A stretch of DNA of 64,000 bases from Acidobacteriota bacterium (GTDB lineage: Bacteria > Acidobacteriota > UBA6911): assembly GCA_963664705.1 (NCBI GenBank), contig OY761556.1, positions 2,240,001 to 2,304,000 of the forward strand. The letters are read 5' to 3'. This document shows, one piece after another, positions 19,359 to 30,894 of the stretch. Below the pieces are notes generated by a model. The model ran no database searches, was not told the origin of the DNA, and saw only the letters and a program-made list of their open reading frames with translations. The stretch's first letter is position 1. Each line of letters starts with the position of its first letter. The position numbers and the translations under genes are program-made.

Positions 19359-20330
19359 CTACCAGGCGTAGGCTTCCGGTGCTTCCCCTCCGGGGCCCGG
19401 CCAGATCTCATCCAGTTTCCTCAGAACCTCCGGGGATAGTTTCAGCTCCAGAGCCCGGGTTGCACCGGACAATTGCTCCATGGTGCGAGGCCCAATAATG
19501 GGTGAGGTTACCGCCGGGTTCTGAAGCAGCCAGGCAAGGGCAACATCTCCAGGCTGCGCACCGATCTCCGCGCACAGTGGTTCATATTTTTCCAGCTTGC
19601 TCCGGTGCTTCTCGATCAGCTTCCCGGTTCTTTCCTCGCTTCGACGCCCCTCTTTGGCTTTCTGCAGGGCGCCGCTCAGCAGGCCTCCTTCCAATGGGCT
19701 CCATGGAATCAAACCCAGCCCGTATTCCCTGCATGCGGGAATGACTTCGAGCTCAATGCTCCGGGTTGCGAGGTTATAAAGGCTCTGTTCGGAAACCAGC
19801 CCCAGAAACGAGCGCTTCTGCGCTTCGCTCTGCGCCCGCGCAATATGCCATCCAGCAAAATTGCTGCTACCCACGTACAGAACTTTTCCCTCGCGAACCA
19901 ATTGCTCCATGGCCTGCCAAATCTCCTCCCATGGAGTACTCCGGTCGATATGGTGCATCTGGTAAAGATCGATGACATCCGTTTGCATCCGCCGCAGGCT
20001 TCCCTCGCAGGCTCTGCGAATATGGTATGCCGAGAGACGGCGATCGTTCGGCCCGCTTCCCATTTCATTGTAAACTTTGGTCGCGAGAACAATTTTCTCC
20101 CGTCGCCCTCCGCCTTGAGCCAGCCATCGGCCGATGATCTGCTCGGTTATCCCTTCCCCTACCTTCCAGCCATAAACATTTGCGGTATCGAAAAAATTGA
20201 CACCCAGTTCCAACGCCTTGTCCATGAGGGCAAAGCTGTCCTGCTCTGATGTGTGCCAGCCAAAGTTCATTGTGCCAAGGCACAAAGGACTAACCTTCAA
20301 CCCTGTCCTGCCCAAGTTTCTGTATTCCAA
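19359..20330 (-). CDS. aldo/keto reductase
   Basis: YRNLGRTGLKVSPLCLGTM, FFDTANVYG, LATKV, IDLYQMH, PWSPL.GG.L, PIIGPR; TTG start with GGAGG RBS. Confidence 0.92.
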   Translation of the reverse strand: MEYRNLGRTGLKVSPLCLGTMNFGWHTSEQDSFALMDKALELGVNFFDTANVYGWKVGEGITEQIIGRWLAQGGGRREKIVLATKVYNEMGSGPNDRRLSAYHIRRACEGSLRRMQTDVIDLYQMHHIDRSTPWEEIWQAMEQLVREGKVLYVGSSNFAGWHIARAQSEAQKRSFLGLVSEQSLYNLATRSIELEVIPACREYGLGLIPWSPLEGGLLSGALQKAKEGRRSEERTGKLIEKHRSKLEKYEPLCAEIGAQPGDVALAWLLQNPAVTSPIIGPRTMEQLSGATRALELKLSPEVLRKLDEIWPGPGGEAPEAYAW

Positions 20331-20522
20331 GATCCACCTCCTGGACGGTTGCTGATTTCCAATCCTCGACGCCAATGCCGCTAAAATGAAATCATGAATG
20401 GTACCAGACTCCAAGCCTCAATTTTGGCATCTGCGCGCAGCAATTTATTCTAATACCGGATACGAATGCACAACTGCTATACTCGTCCCGCTCCAATCAA
20501 TCTGTAATCTGGAAGGGCGACT

Positions 20523-21071
20523 ATGCGCATACACTTTTTTGCCATCCGCATTCTGGCCGCATTTGCAGTTATTGGAATTTTTTCAAGCCTTCCGCAGCAC
20601 TCCCGGGCGCAAAACCAACCAATTCAGAGCCAGGAATCCAGGATTCGCACCCTTGAAGATCGGGAGGGAATCAGACAACTCCTGTTGAACTATGGACAAA
20701 CGCTGGATCGCAGGGATTTCGTGGCCTTCGCCGCCCTTTTTACCGAAGATGCCGAATATGTGGGCGGCGCGGCCAGTATTGTCAAAGGCCCGGCTGCCAT
20801 TGCAAAAATTCTTGAGGATACATTTAAAAAGAACCCAACGGGAGTGCGATCCCCGAATTTTCATTTGTTTGCCAACGAGATCATTCAGGTGCATGGGAAC
20901 GAAGCCAGGGCCGCGAGCAAAGGGCTTTTTGTGGTACCGAACGCGGCCAATGCTCCCCAGATTGAGATGATGGCATCCTATGAAGATCTCCTGGTGCGCA
21001 GCGGATCGGGTTGGAAATTCAAAAGGCGCATCGTACACGCGGAGATCCCCTATTTCCCGGCAAAGAAATAA
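20523..21071 (+). CDS. secreted SnoaL-like/NTF2-fold protein
   Basis: Signal peptide; LEDREGIRQLLLNYGQTLD, LFTEDA, YEDLLVR..GWKFKRR. Confidence 0.8.
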   Translation: MRIHFFAIRILAAFAVIGIFSSLPQHSRAQNQPIQSQESRIRTLEDREGIRQLLLNYGQTLDRRDFVAFAALFTEDAEYVGGAASIVKGPAAIAKILEDTFKKNPTGVRSPNFHLFANEIIQVHGNEARAASKGLFVVPNAANAPQIEMMASYEDLLVRSGSGWKFKRRIVHAEIPYFPAKK

Positions 21072-21092
21072 CTCAATTCGGATTGTTCGGCA

Positions 21093-21494
21093 ATGTCAAA
21101 GCAGGGTGCCTACATTCTTTTTCTCAAGCTTCACAAAACAGCCATTATCACTGCCGGCGCACTCGGAACATGCCGGCTTGCCGCCGGATTTTATCTTTAC
21201 GTGGGAAGCGCCAACAGAGGAATCGCGCCGCGCATTGCCAGGCACCGGCGCCTTGCCGAATCAAAAACAGGAAAGATGCACTGGCATATTGACTTCCTTC
21301 TCACGCATCCGAATGTGAGGTTGGTTCGCACGAAGGAACTGGAGGGACGCAATGAATGCGCTATATCGCGCAAAATTGCATCCCTGAAAGGTATCAAAGT
21401 TCCTATTCCTAAGTTCGGCTCTACCGACTGCCGGGCGGGCTGCGCTGCGCACCTCTACCGCATGCAGTCGTTGAACATGATTTTGCCTGAATGA
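21093..21494 (+). CDS. DUF123 / GIY-YIG (Uri) endonuclease-like protein
   Basis: GAYIL..GFYLYVGSA, RIARH, HWHIDFLL, FGSTDC...CAAHL. Confidence 0.8.
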   Translation: MSKQGAYILFLKLHKTAIITAGALGTCRLAAGFYLYVGSANRGIAPRIARHRRLAESKTGKMHWHIDFLLTHPNVRLVRTKELEGRNECAISRKIASLKGIKVPIPKFGSTDCRAGCAAHLYRMQSLNMILPE

Positions 21495-21621
21495 TCCAGA
21501 GGGAACGTGGATCCTCGCTGAATTCACCGGGTCATCAGGATCGTTAAACGCATGAGATGGCTTGAAAGACTGGCACCTGTGCATAAATAGCGGGCGTATT
21601 CATTCATCGGGAGAATTCATC

Positions 21622-22857
21622 ATGGACAAAGCTACTGAGCAGCTATACCGGGAGCGTGAAAAGAGGTTTATCGATGCGGTCGAACTCAGAGTCCCGGACA
21701 GAGTTCCGAGTTCCATACATCTGAGCTATTTCCCGGCAAAATTTACCGGCATCAAATTTCGCGATGCTTACTATGATTTTCCGAAGTGGAAGGAGGCTTA
21801 TGTAAAAACGGCGCTCTGGCTCCAGCCGGATCGCTGTGAATATTTCCCAAACAGCTGCGGCAACGCCATGGCCGCCCTCGATCAAAAAACGATGGTTTGG
21901 CCCGGCCATGGAGTCGGGGATAACTCGTCGCATCAGTTTGTCGAAGGCGAGTACATGAAGGCAGAGGAATACGATCACTATTTGAATGATCAGGGAGACT
22001 TCAACATCCGGTGCATGCTGCCCCGCACCTTCGGCTTTCTGAAGCCGTTGGCTCAACTGCCACCGCTCCACAGCATGGGCAATTTCCTGCCCTTCGATCT
22101 GCTCGCATCGCCCGAATTTGCCGACATGCTGCAGAAGTTGAGCGGCATCGCCCAGGAAGCCGTGGAATGGCAGAAGCAGGCATTCGGTATGTGGACCGCG
22201 CTGAATGAGGCGGGTTTTCCAGGAAAGCCTGTCGGCATCGGCGGCGGTGTCCCTTATGACATGATCTCCGATTTCCTGCGTGGAATGCGCGGAGCCATGC
22301 TGGATATGTATCGATGCCCGGATAAGCTGATGGCCGCCATTGAGAAAAATATGGCGCAAACGGTAGCGCGCATCGCGATGGGCCCCAAAGCCACAGGATT
22401 TACCACAGCATTCATCGCACTGCACCGCGGCGCAGATGGGTTCATGTCGCTGAAACAATTCGAACAGTTCTACTGGCCCTACCTGGTTAAGCTTGTCAAT
22501 GCACTGGTGGAGGCGGGATATACGCCGGAAATATTCTTTGAAGGCGACTATACGAAGCGCCTGGAATACCTGACCCAATTGCCCAGGGGCAAATGTATTG
22601 GACGTTTTGATCGCTCCGACATGGCCAGAGTCAAGGAAATCCTTGGCGGCCACATGTGCATCCAGGGCAACATGCCCTCCTCCCTGCTTCAGACCGGGAC
22701 GAAGGAGGATGTAATTCAGTACTGCAAATGGCTCATCGATGTGGTGGGGAAAGACGGCGGCTATATCATGGGTACGGGATCGGTTGTAGACGAAGTAAAG
22801 CCCGAGAATCTGAAGGCTATGATCGACTTCACGCGTGAATATGGAGTGTATCGGTAA
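21622..22857 (+). CDS. uroporphyrinogen decarboxylase / MtaA-CmuA methyltransferase family protein
   Basis: PDRVP, EYMKAEEYD, LHRGADGFMS..QFEQFYWP, CIQGNMP, GGYIM, KPENLKAM. Confidence 0.82.
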   Translation: MDKATEQLYREREKRFIDAVELRVPDRVPSSIHLSYFPAKFTGIKFRDAYYDFPKWKEAYVKTALWLQPDRCEYFPNSCGNAMAALDQKTMVWPGHGVGDNSSHQFVEGEYMKAEEYDHYLNDQGDFNIRCMLPRTFGFLKPLAQLPPLHSMGNFLPFDLLASPEFADMLQKLSGIAQEAVEWQKQAFGMWTALNEAGFPGKPVGIGGGVPYDMISDFLRGMRGAMLDMYRCPDKLMAAIEKNMAQTVARIAMGPKATGFTTAFIALHRGADGFMSLKQFEQFYWPYLVKLVNALVEAGYTPEIFFEGDYTKRLEYLTQLPRGKCIGRFDRSDMARVKEILGGHMCIQGNMPSSLLQTGTKEDVIQYCKWLIDVVGKDGGYIMGTGSVVDEVKPENLKAMIDFTREYGVYR

Positions 22858-22866
22858 AGCGCAAAC

Positions 22867-22895
22867 GCTCCCCTGTTTTGAGTAAATAGGGGAGC
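22867..22895. terminator. hairpin between convergent genes
   Basis: GCTCCCCTGTTT ... AAATAGGGGAGC inverted repeat. Confidence 0.6.
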
Positions 22896-22905
22896 AGCCC
22901 CGCTT

Positions 22906-24132
22906 TTAAAAGTGTGTCTGCTGAATCAAGGTCAGAGCGTCGGCTCGCGGTGCATTCCGCTCATTGTCCCAATAAGGCGAAAGCTTTCGCAAGTTAGCCA
23001 CGATCTGTGGAAAAACCTCGAGCACCTTGTCGACATCCGCATCCGTATTGTATCGGCTGAGGCTGAAGCGGACGGACCCGTGAATCGCGGTAAATGGAAC
23101 TTTCATTGCCCGCAGCACGTGAGATGGTTCCAGCGAACCTGACGTGCAGGCTGATCCGCTGGATGCACAGATACCATATCCGCTTAGCTGAAACAGCATT
23201 CCCTCGCCTTCGATGTAATGGAACGAGATGTTCAGGGTATTCGGCAGTCTGTCGGCACCTTTGCCATTCACCTGAACTGATGGAATTTTCTCAACGAGCG
23301 ATTTCTCCAGCCGGTCGCGCAGCCTCTCAATTTCCGTTTCGTCCTTCACGCGATTTTCCATCGAGAGTTCCAGCGCTCTGGCAATCCCGATGATGTAGGG
23401 AACATTTTCGGTTCCGGCCCGCCGGCCATCTTCCTGGTGTCCGCCGAGCATGTATGGACGGCAGCGTGTGCCGCGCCGGATGAAGAGCACGCCCACACCC
23501 TTCGGCGCATGCAGCTTGTGTCCGGAAAACGACAACAGATCCACATAAGGCAGCCCCAAAGCAAGGTCGATGGGAAGCTTGCCGACTGTCTGAGTGGCAT
23601 CCGTGTGAAAAATAATCGCCGAATCCGTCTGCTTGGTAATGCGTGACAGTTGATCAATCGGAAAAATCACGCCGGTTTCATTATTGGCATGCATGATGGA
23701 GACGAGAAGGGTTTCCGGAGTCAGCGCCCGGATAAATTCCTTTACATCCAGTTTCCCATCACGATCAACACTGAGGTAGGTAATCTTGTAGCCATTCCGC
23801 TCCAGTTCCCGGCAGACTTCCAAAACCGCAGGATGCTCGACGGAGGTCGTGATGATGTGCCGACGGTTCGGATTGGCGTGAGCGGCGCCCAGAATTGCCG
23901 TGTTATTGCTTTCCGTGGCGCAGCCGGTAAACAGGATTTCTTTCGGATCGACGTGTCCGAGGCAGTCGGCGATTTTCTTGCGGGCAGCGGTCAAAGCCTG
24001 GCCCGTCTGCCGCGCCGGCTCATACATTGAGCTCGGGTTGAAATAATACTCGGTAAAATAGGGCACCATCGCTTCCACTACTTCCGGCGCCACCTGGGTC
24101 GTCGCGTTGTTATCGAGATATGTTATTTTCAT
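22906..24132 (-). CDS. nifS: cysteine desulfurase
   Basis: YLDNNATT, HANNETG, HTDATQ, SGHKLHAPKG, SSGSACTS; follows nifU. Confidence 0.92.
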   Translation of the reverse strand: MKITYLDNNATTQVAPEVVEAMVPYFTEYYFNPSSMYEPARQTGQALTAARKKIADCLGHVDPKEILFTGCATESNNTAILGAAHANPNRRHIITTSVEHPAVLEVCRELERNGYKITYLSVDRDGKLDVKEFIRALTPETLLVSIMHANNETGVIFPIDQLSRITKQTDSAIIFHTDATQTVGKLPIDLALGLPYVDLLSFSGHKLHAPKGVGVLFIRRGTRCRPYMLGGHQEDGRRAGTENVPYIIGIARALELSMENRVKDETEIERLRDRLEKSLVEKIPSVQVNGKGADRLPNTLNISFHYIEGEGMLFQLSGYGICASSGSACTSGSLEPSHVLRAMKVPFTAIHGSVRFSLSRYNTDADVDKVLEVFPQIVANLRKLSPYWDNERNAPRADALTLIQQTHF

Positions 24133-24140
24133 AGCGTGTT

Positions 24141-25094
24141 TTACACCTCGATGACACGAATCCGCTCATCAACCTGATCTTTAAGGTTTCGCTCTATCAT
24201 CATCTTGAGAGTCTGGCTTGCACCCGCGCAGTTGGAACAGGCTCCACGCAGACTGCAGTAAACCAGCGTTCCCTTGATGTCCATGATCTCTACATCGCCG
24301 CCGTCCGCTCTCAAAGCGGGACGAATGTATTCGGCAATCACCCTCTCAACCTTTTTCGCAAACTGATACGGAGAGAACTCCGGCGAAACAGGTTCTGCCT
24401 GCAACACCGGAAGCTGCACCGGGCTGGAGACTGCCGCAGCCTGGCCTTCCCATACCTGATCCAAAAGATCCTGTAGACCTCCGGGCACATGATGACACGA
24501 GGCACATCCGCCGCCGGCCTTGATGGCATTCGTAATCTGCGGAATGGTTCTCAGATTCAGTTCGCGAATCTTGCGTTTGATATAGGGCTCAGTAAGGGAA
24601 AAGCATTTGCACACCATCCGCCCCTCATCAGTCTCCTCATCGTGCATATCGATTCCGAGCTTTTTGAGATCGACGCCACGACGCTGCGCCCAGTTGTATA
24701 CGGCCGCCTCAAGAGCCTCCGCGCCCATGACCGAACAATGTATCTTCTGTTCGGGCAGTCCATCGAGATAGTCAACGATGTCCTTGTTCTGGATCTGGAG
24801 GGCGGTCAGGGGCGTATAGCTTCCCTTTTCGATGATCTCGCAAAGCGCTTCCGAGGAGGCTATCGCCGACGTGCATCCAAAGGTCAGATATTTAGCCTCC
24901 GAAATGACGTCCTGCGTCGGATCAGAGGGGTGTCGTATGACGCGGAAAGTGAAACGCATGGCGTCTCCACAGGCAATAGACCCGTGCTCTCCCATGCCAT
25001 CCGGATTCTCGATCTCGCCCAGATGCGTTCCCGGTTTTCCATGAACCGCATCCATGAACAACTGTTTCGTTTTTTCGCTGTATTCCCAACCCAT
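24141..25094 (-). CDS. nifU: three-domain Fe-S scaffold protein
   Basis: IscU domain (ACGD, FGCTSAIAS, KIHCS), Bfd-like CKC...GGCASC, Nfu domain IRPALRADGGD..GACSNC. Confidence 0.9.
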   Translation of the reverse strand: MGWEYSEKTKQLFMDAVHGKPGTHLGEIENPDGMGEHGSIACGDAMRFTFRVIRHPSDPTQDVISEAKYLTFGCTSAIASSEALCEIIEKGSYTPLTALQIQNKDIVDYLDGLPEQKIHCSVMGAEALEAAVYNWAQRRGVDLKKLGIDMHDEETDEGRMVCKCFSLTEPYIKRKIRELNLRTIPQITNAIKAGGGCASCHHVPGGLQDLLDQVWEGQAAAVSSPVQLPVLQAEPVSPEFSPYQFAKKVERVIAEYIRPALRADGGDVEIMDIKGTLVYCSLRGACSNCAGASQTLKMMIERNLKDQVDERIRVIEV

Positions 25095-25224
25095 GTCGCG
25101 ACTCCCTCAAATAAACGAATAGTGAAGAGATACTATACTCCTACTTGCCGACATGGGCAAATACAGGATGCAAATTAGGTTACGGGTTCCAGGCGGGATT
25201 CCCGGCTTATCCCGCAACCCTATT

Positions 25225-25256
25225 GGGAATATTGAATCTGAAATCTTGAATCTGCA
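25225..25256. repeat. degenerate 7-bp tandem repeat
   Basis: GAATATTGAATCTGAAATCTTGAATCTG, same family as at 13958. Confidence 0.5.
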
Positions 25257-25260
25257 GCTG

Positions 25261-28200
25261 TTACCCCTGGTTTGCTATTGGCTGCGTTGCCTGTTTCCTG
25301 CGCGAAAATCTGAGCGCGAGGTCGTCGAGGAGCGAATATACCACCGGGACCGCGATCAGCGTCAGCAGGGTTGAAGTAATCAGGCCACCGATTACGGCTC
25401 GTGCCATGGGGGCGCGCATCTCCGAACCGGCTCCGATCTCAAATGCCAGAGGAAGCATGCCGAAAATCATAGCCATGGTGGTCATGACAATCGGGCGGAA
25501 ACGAGTTCGTCCCGCTTCTATCAGGGCGGCCGATCGATCCTTTCCTTCCAGCCTCAATCGCTTTGTGTAATCAATCAGCAGGATGGCGTTTTTCGTCACG
25601 AGCCCCATGAGCAGGATAAGTCCGATCATCGACATGATGTTCAGCGTATCCCCCGTGGTCAACAGGACCGCAGCCACGCCTATCAGGGACAGCGGCAGGG
25701 AAAGCATGATCGCGAGCGGATGAGTAAAACTGCCGAACTGGGAAGCCAGGATCAGATAAATGAACACAACAGCCAGGATGAGTGCGTCATAAATGGAGTC
25801 AAAGCTTTCCGACATATTTTCCGACTCGCCGGTAAAGGCAACCGAATATCCGGTCGGGAATTTGTAATTCTCCAGTTTTGCCTTAATATCATCCTCCACA
25901 TTCCCCATGGGACGGCCGGCAGTATTGGCCAGGACGCGGACCTCTCGCACGAGATCCAAATGTCGGATCTGGGCAGAACTCGATCCCCTTTGGAAATTGG
26001 CCACCTGGCCCACAGGAATCAGGAGATCTCCGCCACTGGAATTTTTTTTCGAGCTCAACAGGTCGATATCCCCTAGAGTGTCGATCGACTTCCGTTGCTC
26101 GTCCGAGAGCCGAACTCTTACATCATAGGAATCGCCGTCCTTGTCCTCGTATTGCGTGGCGACTTCTCCATTCAACAGCGTTCGCAGCGTCATGGCCAGC
26201 AGTTCAAGATTGATCCCAAGGTCCGAAGCCAGCTTGCGGTCTACCTGCACGCGTATCTCCGGCTTATCCCGATCCAAGCTCCTGTCAACATCCACCGCGC
26301 CGGGAACACTCCGGACTATGGCAGCTACCTCCGCAGAAACCTTGTCAATGCCCTCCATATCGAGCCCTTTGACACTGATCTGCAGCGGTCTGGAATCTCC
26401 CATATCCGCGACATCTTCAAGGCTGATAATGGCACGGCCATAATCGGTCAGCTCACTTCTCAACTTGCTGCGAAGCGCATCATCCGATAATGGGCGTTCC
26501 TTGGCCGACTTCAGCTTCACATAGATCACTCCCTCGTTGAGAGCAGAACTGGAACCGGCGCCAATAGTCGTGAAGGTATAGGCTATCCCCGGCTTGCTCG
26601 CAATATGTCGGACAATCTCGTTGGAGATCTCTTCTGTCTGCTCCAGTGTATTGCCGGGATTGGTTTTAAAACTTACCTGGAATTCGCCGCGATCATAGGA
26701 CGGCATGAAATCCTGTCCCAGTCGATCAAGGGCAAAAAGGCTGACGGCAAATACCGCCAAGGAAACGACCATGATCCAGCCGCGATGTCTCAATGAAAGA
26801 CCGATTGATTTTTCATATACATCCCGGAGTTTCATAAACTGGTTATCGAAGGATTCCAGAAGCCGCGACAGGCCGCGCCTCCGGCGGTTGGTTTCAACCG
26901 CGGGATCATACCAGCGGGAGGAGAGCATCGGGTCCATGGTAAACGATACGAACAGCGAAACCAGGACGGCGAAGGCGATGGTGATTCCGAATTCATAAAA
27001 GAACTGTCCGACAATTCCCTTCATGAAGGCGATCGGCACGAACACCGCGATAATAGAAAAGGTGGTGGCCATAACCGCAAGACCGATTTCAGAGGTTCCA
27101 AGCCTGGCCGCCTCGAAGTGATCCCGTCCGAACTGCATATGCCGAACAATGTTTTCCCGTACAACGATGGCATCGTCAATGAGCAGGCCGACAGACAAAG
27201 ACAGTCCCATCAGCGTCAGGATGTTCAGAGAAAATCCCAATACCCGCATGACGATAAACGCCGAAATAATTGAAACCGGCAAGGTAAGGCCGGTAATCAC
27301 CGTGCTGCGCCAGCTATTAAGGAACAGAAAGACAATAAAAATCGTGAAAATGGCGCCCAGGACCAGTGTGTTCTTTACATCATCGACCGATTCGCGAATG
27401 AAAAGAGACGAATCCCGAACCACGCTCAGATGAGCCTCGCCCGGCAGTTCCTGGTTCAGCTTCGGAAGCGCGGTCTTGATGGCTTCGGCAACATCCACCG
27501 TGTTGCTTCCCGACTGCTTGCGTAATTCAATCGCGAGCGCCCGTTTTTCATTGATAAGAGCCAGTGTTCTCTGCTCTTCATATCCATCGGAAATCCTGGC
27601 TATTTCTCCCAGATAAACCGGGACTCCCCGGATGGTTTTTACGATCAGGTTCTGGAACATTTCGGGATCTGTGATTTTGCCCTCTACTCGAACCAATTCC
27701 TCGACCGCGCCGCTGTTGATCTTGCCCGCGGGGACTTCCAGGTTTTCCTTTTTCAGTGCCAGCACAACTTCCGGCACAGTCAGGCTGTACGCTTTCATGC
27801 GCTCCGGGTTGAGAAAAACCTGGATCTCGCGTCGTTGGCCTCCGACAATGGAAAGCGATCCGACTCCTTCGATATTTTCGAGCCGCTTCCGAATGACCTT
27901 TTCGGTCAGAGAGGTCAGTTCCTTGGGCGAGAGCTTGGAGGAGCTCACCGACAGAGAAACAATCGGCATGTCGGCAGGGTCCATCCTCTCGATCACAGGA
28001 TCTTCCACTCCCGTCGGGAAATCCCGGCGGAGCGCACTCACTTTGCTCCGTACGTCCTGCGCGGCCGTATGCACATCCGTGCCGAGTTCAAACTCAATGA
28101 CCACAACCGAAACCCCCTCGGTGGTGGTGGAGGAAATGTGCTTGACCCCTTCAATCGGGTTGACCGACTCTTCGACCCGTTTGGTTACTTCGGTCTCCAC

Positions 28201-28374
28201 AGTTTCCGGTGCAACTCCCGGATAAATGGTCTGGACCGTTACCACCGGGAAATCAACATTCGGAAACAGGTCGATGGAAAGCTCTTTGTAGGAAAACACA
28301 CCCAGGACAACCAGGGCCACCATCATCATCGTGGCAAACACCGGCTGCTTCACCGAAAGGTCGGACAAAATCAT
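25261..28374 (-). CDS. RND efflux permease (AcrB/AcrD/AcrF family)
   Basis: 1037 aa; [38 protein letters not shown]. Confidence 0.95.
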   Translation of the reverse strand: MILSDLSVKQPVFATMMMVALVVLGVFSYKELSIDLFPNVDFPVVTVQTIYPGVAPETVETEVTKRVEESVNPIEGVKHISSTTTEGVSVVVIEFELGTDVHTAAQDVRSKVSALRRDFPTGVEDPVIERMDPADMPIVSLSVSSSKLSPKELTSLTEKVIRKRLENIEGVGSLSIVGGQRREIQVFLNPERMKAYSLTVPEVVLALKKENLEVPAGKINSGAVEELVRVEGKITDPEMFQNLIVKTIRGVPVYLGEIARISDGYEEQRTLALINEKRALAIELRKQSGSNTVDVAEAIKTALPKLNQELPGEAHLSVVRDSSLFIRESVDDVKNTLVLGAIFTIFIVFLFLNSWRSTVITGLTLPVSIISAFIVMRVLGFSLNILTLMGLSLSVGLLIDDAIVVRENIVRHMQFGRDHFEAARLGTSEIGLAVMATTFSIIAVFVPIAFMKGIVGQFFYEFGITIAFAVLVSLFVSFTMDPMLSSRWYDPAVETNRRRRGLSRLLESFDNQFMKLRDVYEKSIGLSLRHRGWIMVVSLAVFAVSLFALDRLGQDFMPSYDRGEFQVSFKTNPGNTLEQTEEISNEIVRHIASKPGIAYTFTTIGAGSSSALNEGVIYVKLKSAKERPLSDDALRSKLRSELTDYGRAIISLEDVADMGDSRPLQISVKGLDMEGIDKVSAEVAAIVRSVPGAVDVDRSLDRDKPEIRVQVDRKLASDLGINLELLAMTLRTLLNGEVATQYEDKDGDSYDVRVRLSDEQRKSIDTLGDIDLLSSKKNSSGGDLLIPVGQVANFQRGSSSAQIRHLDLVREVRVLANTAGRPMGNVEDDIKAKLENYKFPTGYSVAFTGESENMSESFDSIYDALILAVVFIYLILASQFGSFTHPLAIMLSLPLSLIGVAAVLLTTGDTLNIMSMIGLILLMGLVTKNAILLIDYTKRLRLEGKDRSAALIEAGRTRFRPIVMTTMAMIFGMLPLAFEIGAGSEMRAPMARAVIGGLITSTLLTLIAVPVVYSLLDDLALRFSRRKQATQPIANQG

Positions 28375-28387
28375 GAGACAAACCCCG

Positions 28388-29539
28388 CTACTTTATTCGA
28401 ACCGAAATACCATCTTTCAAAGAAGGTCCAAGCTCCGTAATCACCATGTCTCCGGCGTCGAGACCGCGTGCAATCCATACGCGATCCTGCTGGGTCCCAC
28501 CGATCTGAATGGTCAGACGTCGGGCTTTCCCCTCCCGGATGACATAGACTCCCGCCGACTCGGATCCTTCTTTTTCAGGAATCAGGGAATCACGAGGAAT
28601 GATCAGTACATTCTTTTCTCGGCCCGTTGTGATCTCACCGCGCGCATACATTCCGCTGCGCAATTCCCCGCTGGGATTGCCGATCTTCAGCTTCAGCTTC
28701 ACCGAGCGGTTATCGGATTCCACCGTGGGATTGACAGCGGCGACAATTCCCGAGAACTTTCTCTCGGCCCAGGTAGGCGTGGTGAATTCGGCGGACTGGC
28801 CGACTCGAACCGTCGCCAGCTGATACGACGGGACCACGCATTCCAGCTCAAGCTGGCTGTTATCCACCAGGGTGCACACAGCGGTCCCCGGCGAAATCAG
28901 AGAGCCCTGATCCAGCAGCTTTTTCTGGACATGCCCGGATGCCGGCGCAAAAATCCGACAATCCTTCAGCGCTTTTGCGGCAATGGCAAGAGCCGCTCGA
29001 GCCTGGTTGCATTGAGCCTCCGCCAATCGAACCTGGGAATCCGCTTCTTTGACGCCGGTCATCGCCGCCTGGTGATCCTTCTGGGTAATTCCTCCGCTGC
29101 GCAGCAGATTATCGGCCCGCTCCTTTTCCGTTTTTGCATGCTCTGCTCCGACTTGCGCCCGTTCAACCCCGGCTTGCGCCACCGAAAGCGCAGCCTGCGC
29201 CTGATCATAGGAAAGTTGGTAATTGGTCGGGTCGATTTCAGCCAGGAGCTGATCCTTCCGAACCAGGTCGCCTTCCCTGAAATGAACGGCAATCAGGCGG
29301 CCTCCGACCTCCGGTTTTACATCGACCATTGAAAGAGAGCGCAGATCCCCGGATATGGAAACCGTCGAAACCCAGTCGCTTTTCTCCACCGCGGATGCCT
29401 TGACCGTCAGTGAGTCTTCGCCGGCCGCAAGCGGCTTTTCGGGACTGTTTTCACCTTTAGAATTGCTGCAGTTCCATTGGCTGCCCAACAACAGCAACAG
29501 AAAAGGCAGAAGCAATTGACGCAAATTCCAAGTTCTCAC
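28388..29539 (-). CDS. RND periplasmic adaptor (MFP)
   Basis: Lipoprotein-like leader; VKPEVGG..V.FREGDLVRKDQLLAEID, LRSGMYA, GLDAGDMVIT. Confidence 0.92.
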   Translation of the reverse strand: MRTWNLRQLLLPFLLLLLGSQWNCSNSKGENSPEKPLAAGEDSLTVKASAVEKSDWVSTVSISGDLRSLSMVDVKPEVGGRLIAVHFREGDLVRKDQLLAEIDPTNYQLSYDQAQAALSVAQAGVERAQVGAEHAKTEKERADNLLRSGGITQKDHQAAMTGVKEADSQVRLAEAQCNQARAALAIAAKALKDCRIFAPASGHVQKKLLDQGSLISPGTAVCTLVDNSQLELECVVPSYQLATVRVGQSAEFTTPTWAERKFSGIVAAVNPTVESDNRSVKLKLKIGNPSGELRSGMYARGEITTGREKNVLIIPRDSLIPEKEGSESAGVYVIREGKARRLTIQIGGTQQDRVWIARGLDAGDMVITELGPSLKDGISVRIK

Positions 29540-30894
29540 CGATCCCCCTCCTGGTCCAGCACTGGACTGCCCGAAGCCAGACGCAGACGTGCCTTTGCCA
29601 CTTCATAATCATAGGTTGCAAAAATATTATTGTTCTTGGCTTCCGCGACGGCCGTCTGAGAATCGACAACATCAAGCGTGGTGGCAGCTCCATACTGATA
29701 GTTGGACTGCATCATCGTCAGCACCTTTTCAGCCTGGCTGACGCTGAGTCTGGCCGCGGCAATTGCCTTTTCCGCGGATTTCATGTCGTCATACGCCTGC
29801 TTTACTTCCAATCGGACGTCGTTTTCCATCTGAGCCAGACGCTGTTCAGCGGCATGCATCCGGGACTGAGCCTGGTAAATCAAGCCCGCTTTGCGCCCGC
29901 TATCAAAAAACGGAAGCTTAAAATTGAATGTCAGATTCCAGCTTGAAAAATCGGTATTGAAAAAATTCTTTGGTTCTCTGACGGAGTATCCGTACGCCGC
30001 AGACATATCGACACTGAGCCTGTTCTCGGCGTTGGCAAGAGAAACCGTTAATCGAGACGCCTGAACCAACCGGCGGGTAGCCGTAAGCTCCGGACGGAAT
30101 TCAACCGCATGCCGCTGCAATTCCTCCAGCGATCCCGCCGCCCAGGGCTTATAAGCAAGTGATCCATCAATCTCCGTCGGCGTATCGAGGTCTACGACGA
30201 TCAGGCTGTTGATGCGGGCGCGCGCCAATTGAACTCTGTTTTCAGACCGTATCAGTTCGGGCTCGAGATTGGCGAGATTCACCTCAGATCGCAGTACATC
30301 GACCTCAGTCGCAACGCCGTCCTTGAATCGAACACGGGCCTGATCCAGGTGGTGCAGACGCTGGCGCCGTGTTTCCTGGGTCACTTCCCGGTTTGCCTGC
30401 ATGAGCAGAAGATTCTTAAAGGCCTGGAAGACCTTGTACGTCAACTGCTGCCGGACCGCTTCCTTGGACGCAGACTTTTCCTCCAGGCTTTCTTTGGCAA
30501 GCTGAAGAGCGGTTCGCACTTTTCCTGCCGTATAGAGGGGCTGCTTCACTTCAACATTCATGTTGAACATGTTGCTGGCCGTCGGCACCAGGGCATCCTT
30601 GAATTCCTGCGGCACTTTGTCGAAGCTGGAACTATTCAAAATACTGGGATCCCGGAGCCTTAAACCATACCCCTGAAAGGTGACCTGCGGGAATGCCCCC
30701 GATCTCACTTCGGTAATCTTTCCCTTCAGCTCTTCCATTTCATACTGGGCGATATGCACCTCAGGGTTACGCGATAACGCCAGTTTCACCGCTTCTTCGA
30801 GCGTAAGCTTCTGCGCCTTTTCCTCTGCGGGGCTGGCAACAGGAACAACTCCCTGCACCAGGAGCCCCAGCAAGAGCACTCGCATCCATTTCAT
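29536..30894 (-). CDS. TolC family outer-membrane efflux protein
   Basis: Signal peptide; LTLEEAVKLALSRNP, QPLYTAG, RFKDGVATEVDV, YQYGAATTLDV. Confidence 0.9.
   Translation of the reverse strand: MKWMRVLLLGLLVQGVVPVASPAEEKAQKLTLEEAVKLALSRNPEVHIAQYEMEELKGKITEVRSGAFPQVTFQGYGLRLRDPSILNSSSFDKVPQEFKDALVPTASNMFNMNVEVKQPLYTAGKVRTALQLAKESLEEKSASKEAVRQQLTYKVFQAFKNLLLMQANREVTQETRRQRLHHLDQARVRFKDGVATEVDVLRSEVNLANLEPELIRSENRVQLARARINSLIVVDLDTPTEIDGSLAYKPWAAGSLEELQRHAVEFRPELTATRRLVQASRLTVSLANAENRLSVDMSAAYGYSVREPKNFFNTDFSSWNLTFNFKLPFFDSGRKAGLIYQAQSRMHAAEQRLAQMENDVRLEVKQAYDDMKSAEKAIAAARLSVSQAEKVLTMMQSNYQYGAATTLDVVDSQTAVAEAKNNNIFATYDYEVAKARLRLASGSPVLDQEGDR

Noticed and set aside
21093-21494. GIY-YIG protein as a homing endonuclease or defence gene
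   Set aside because: Matches the small DUF123 type, with no intron, methylase or island context.
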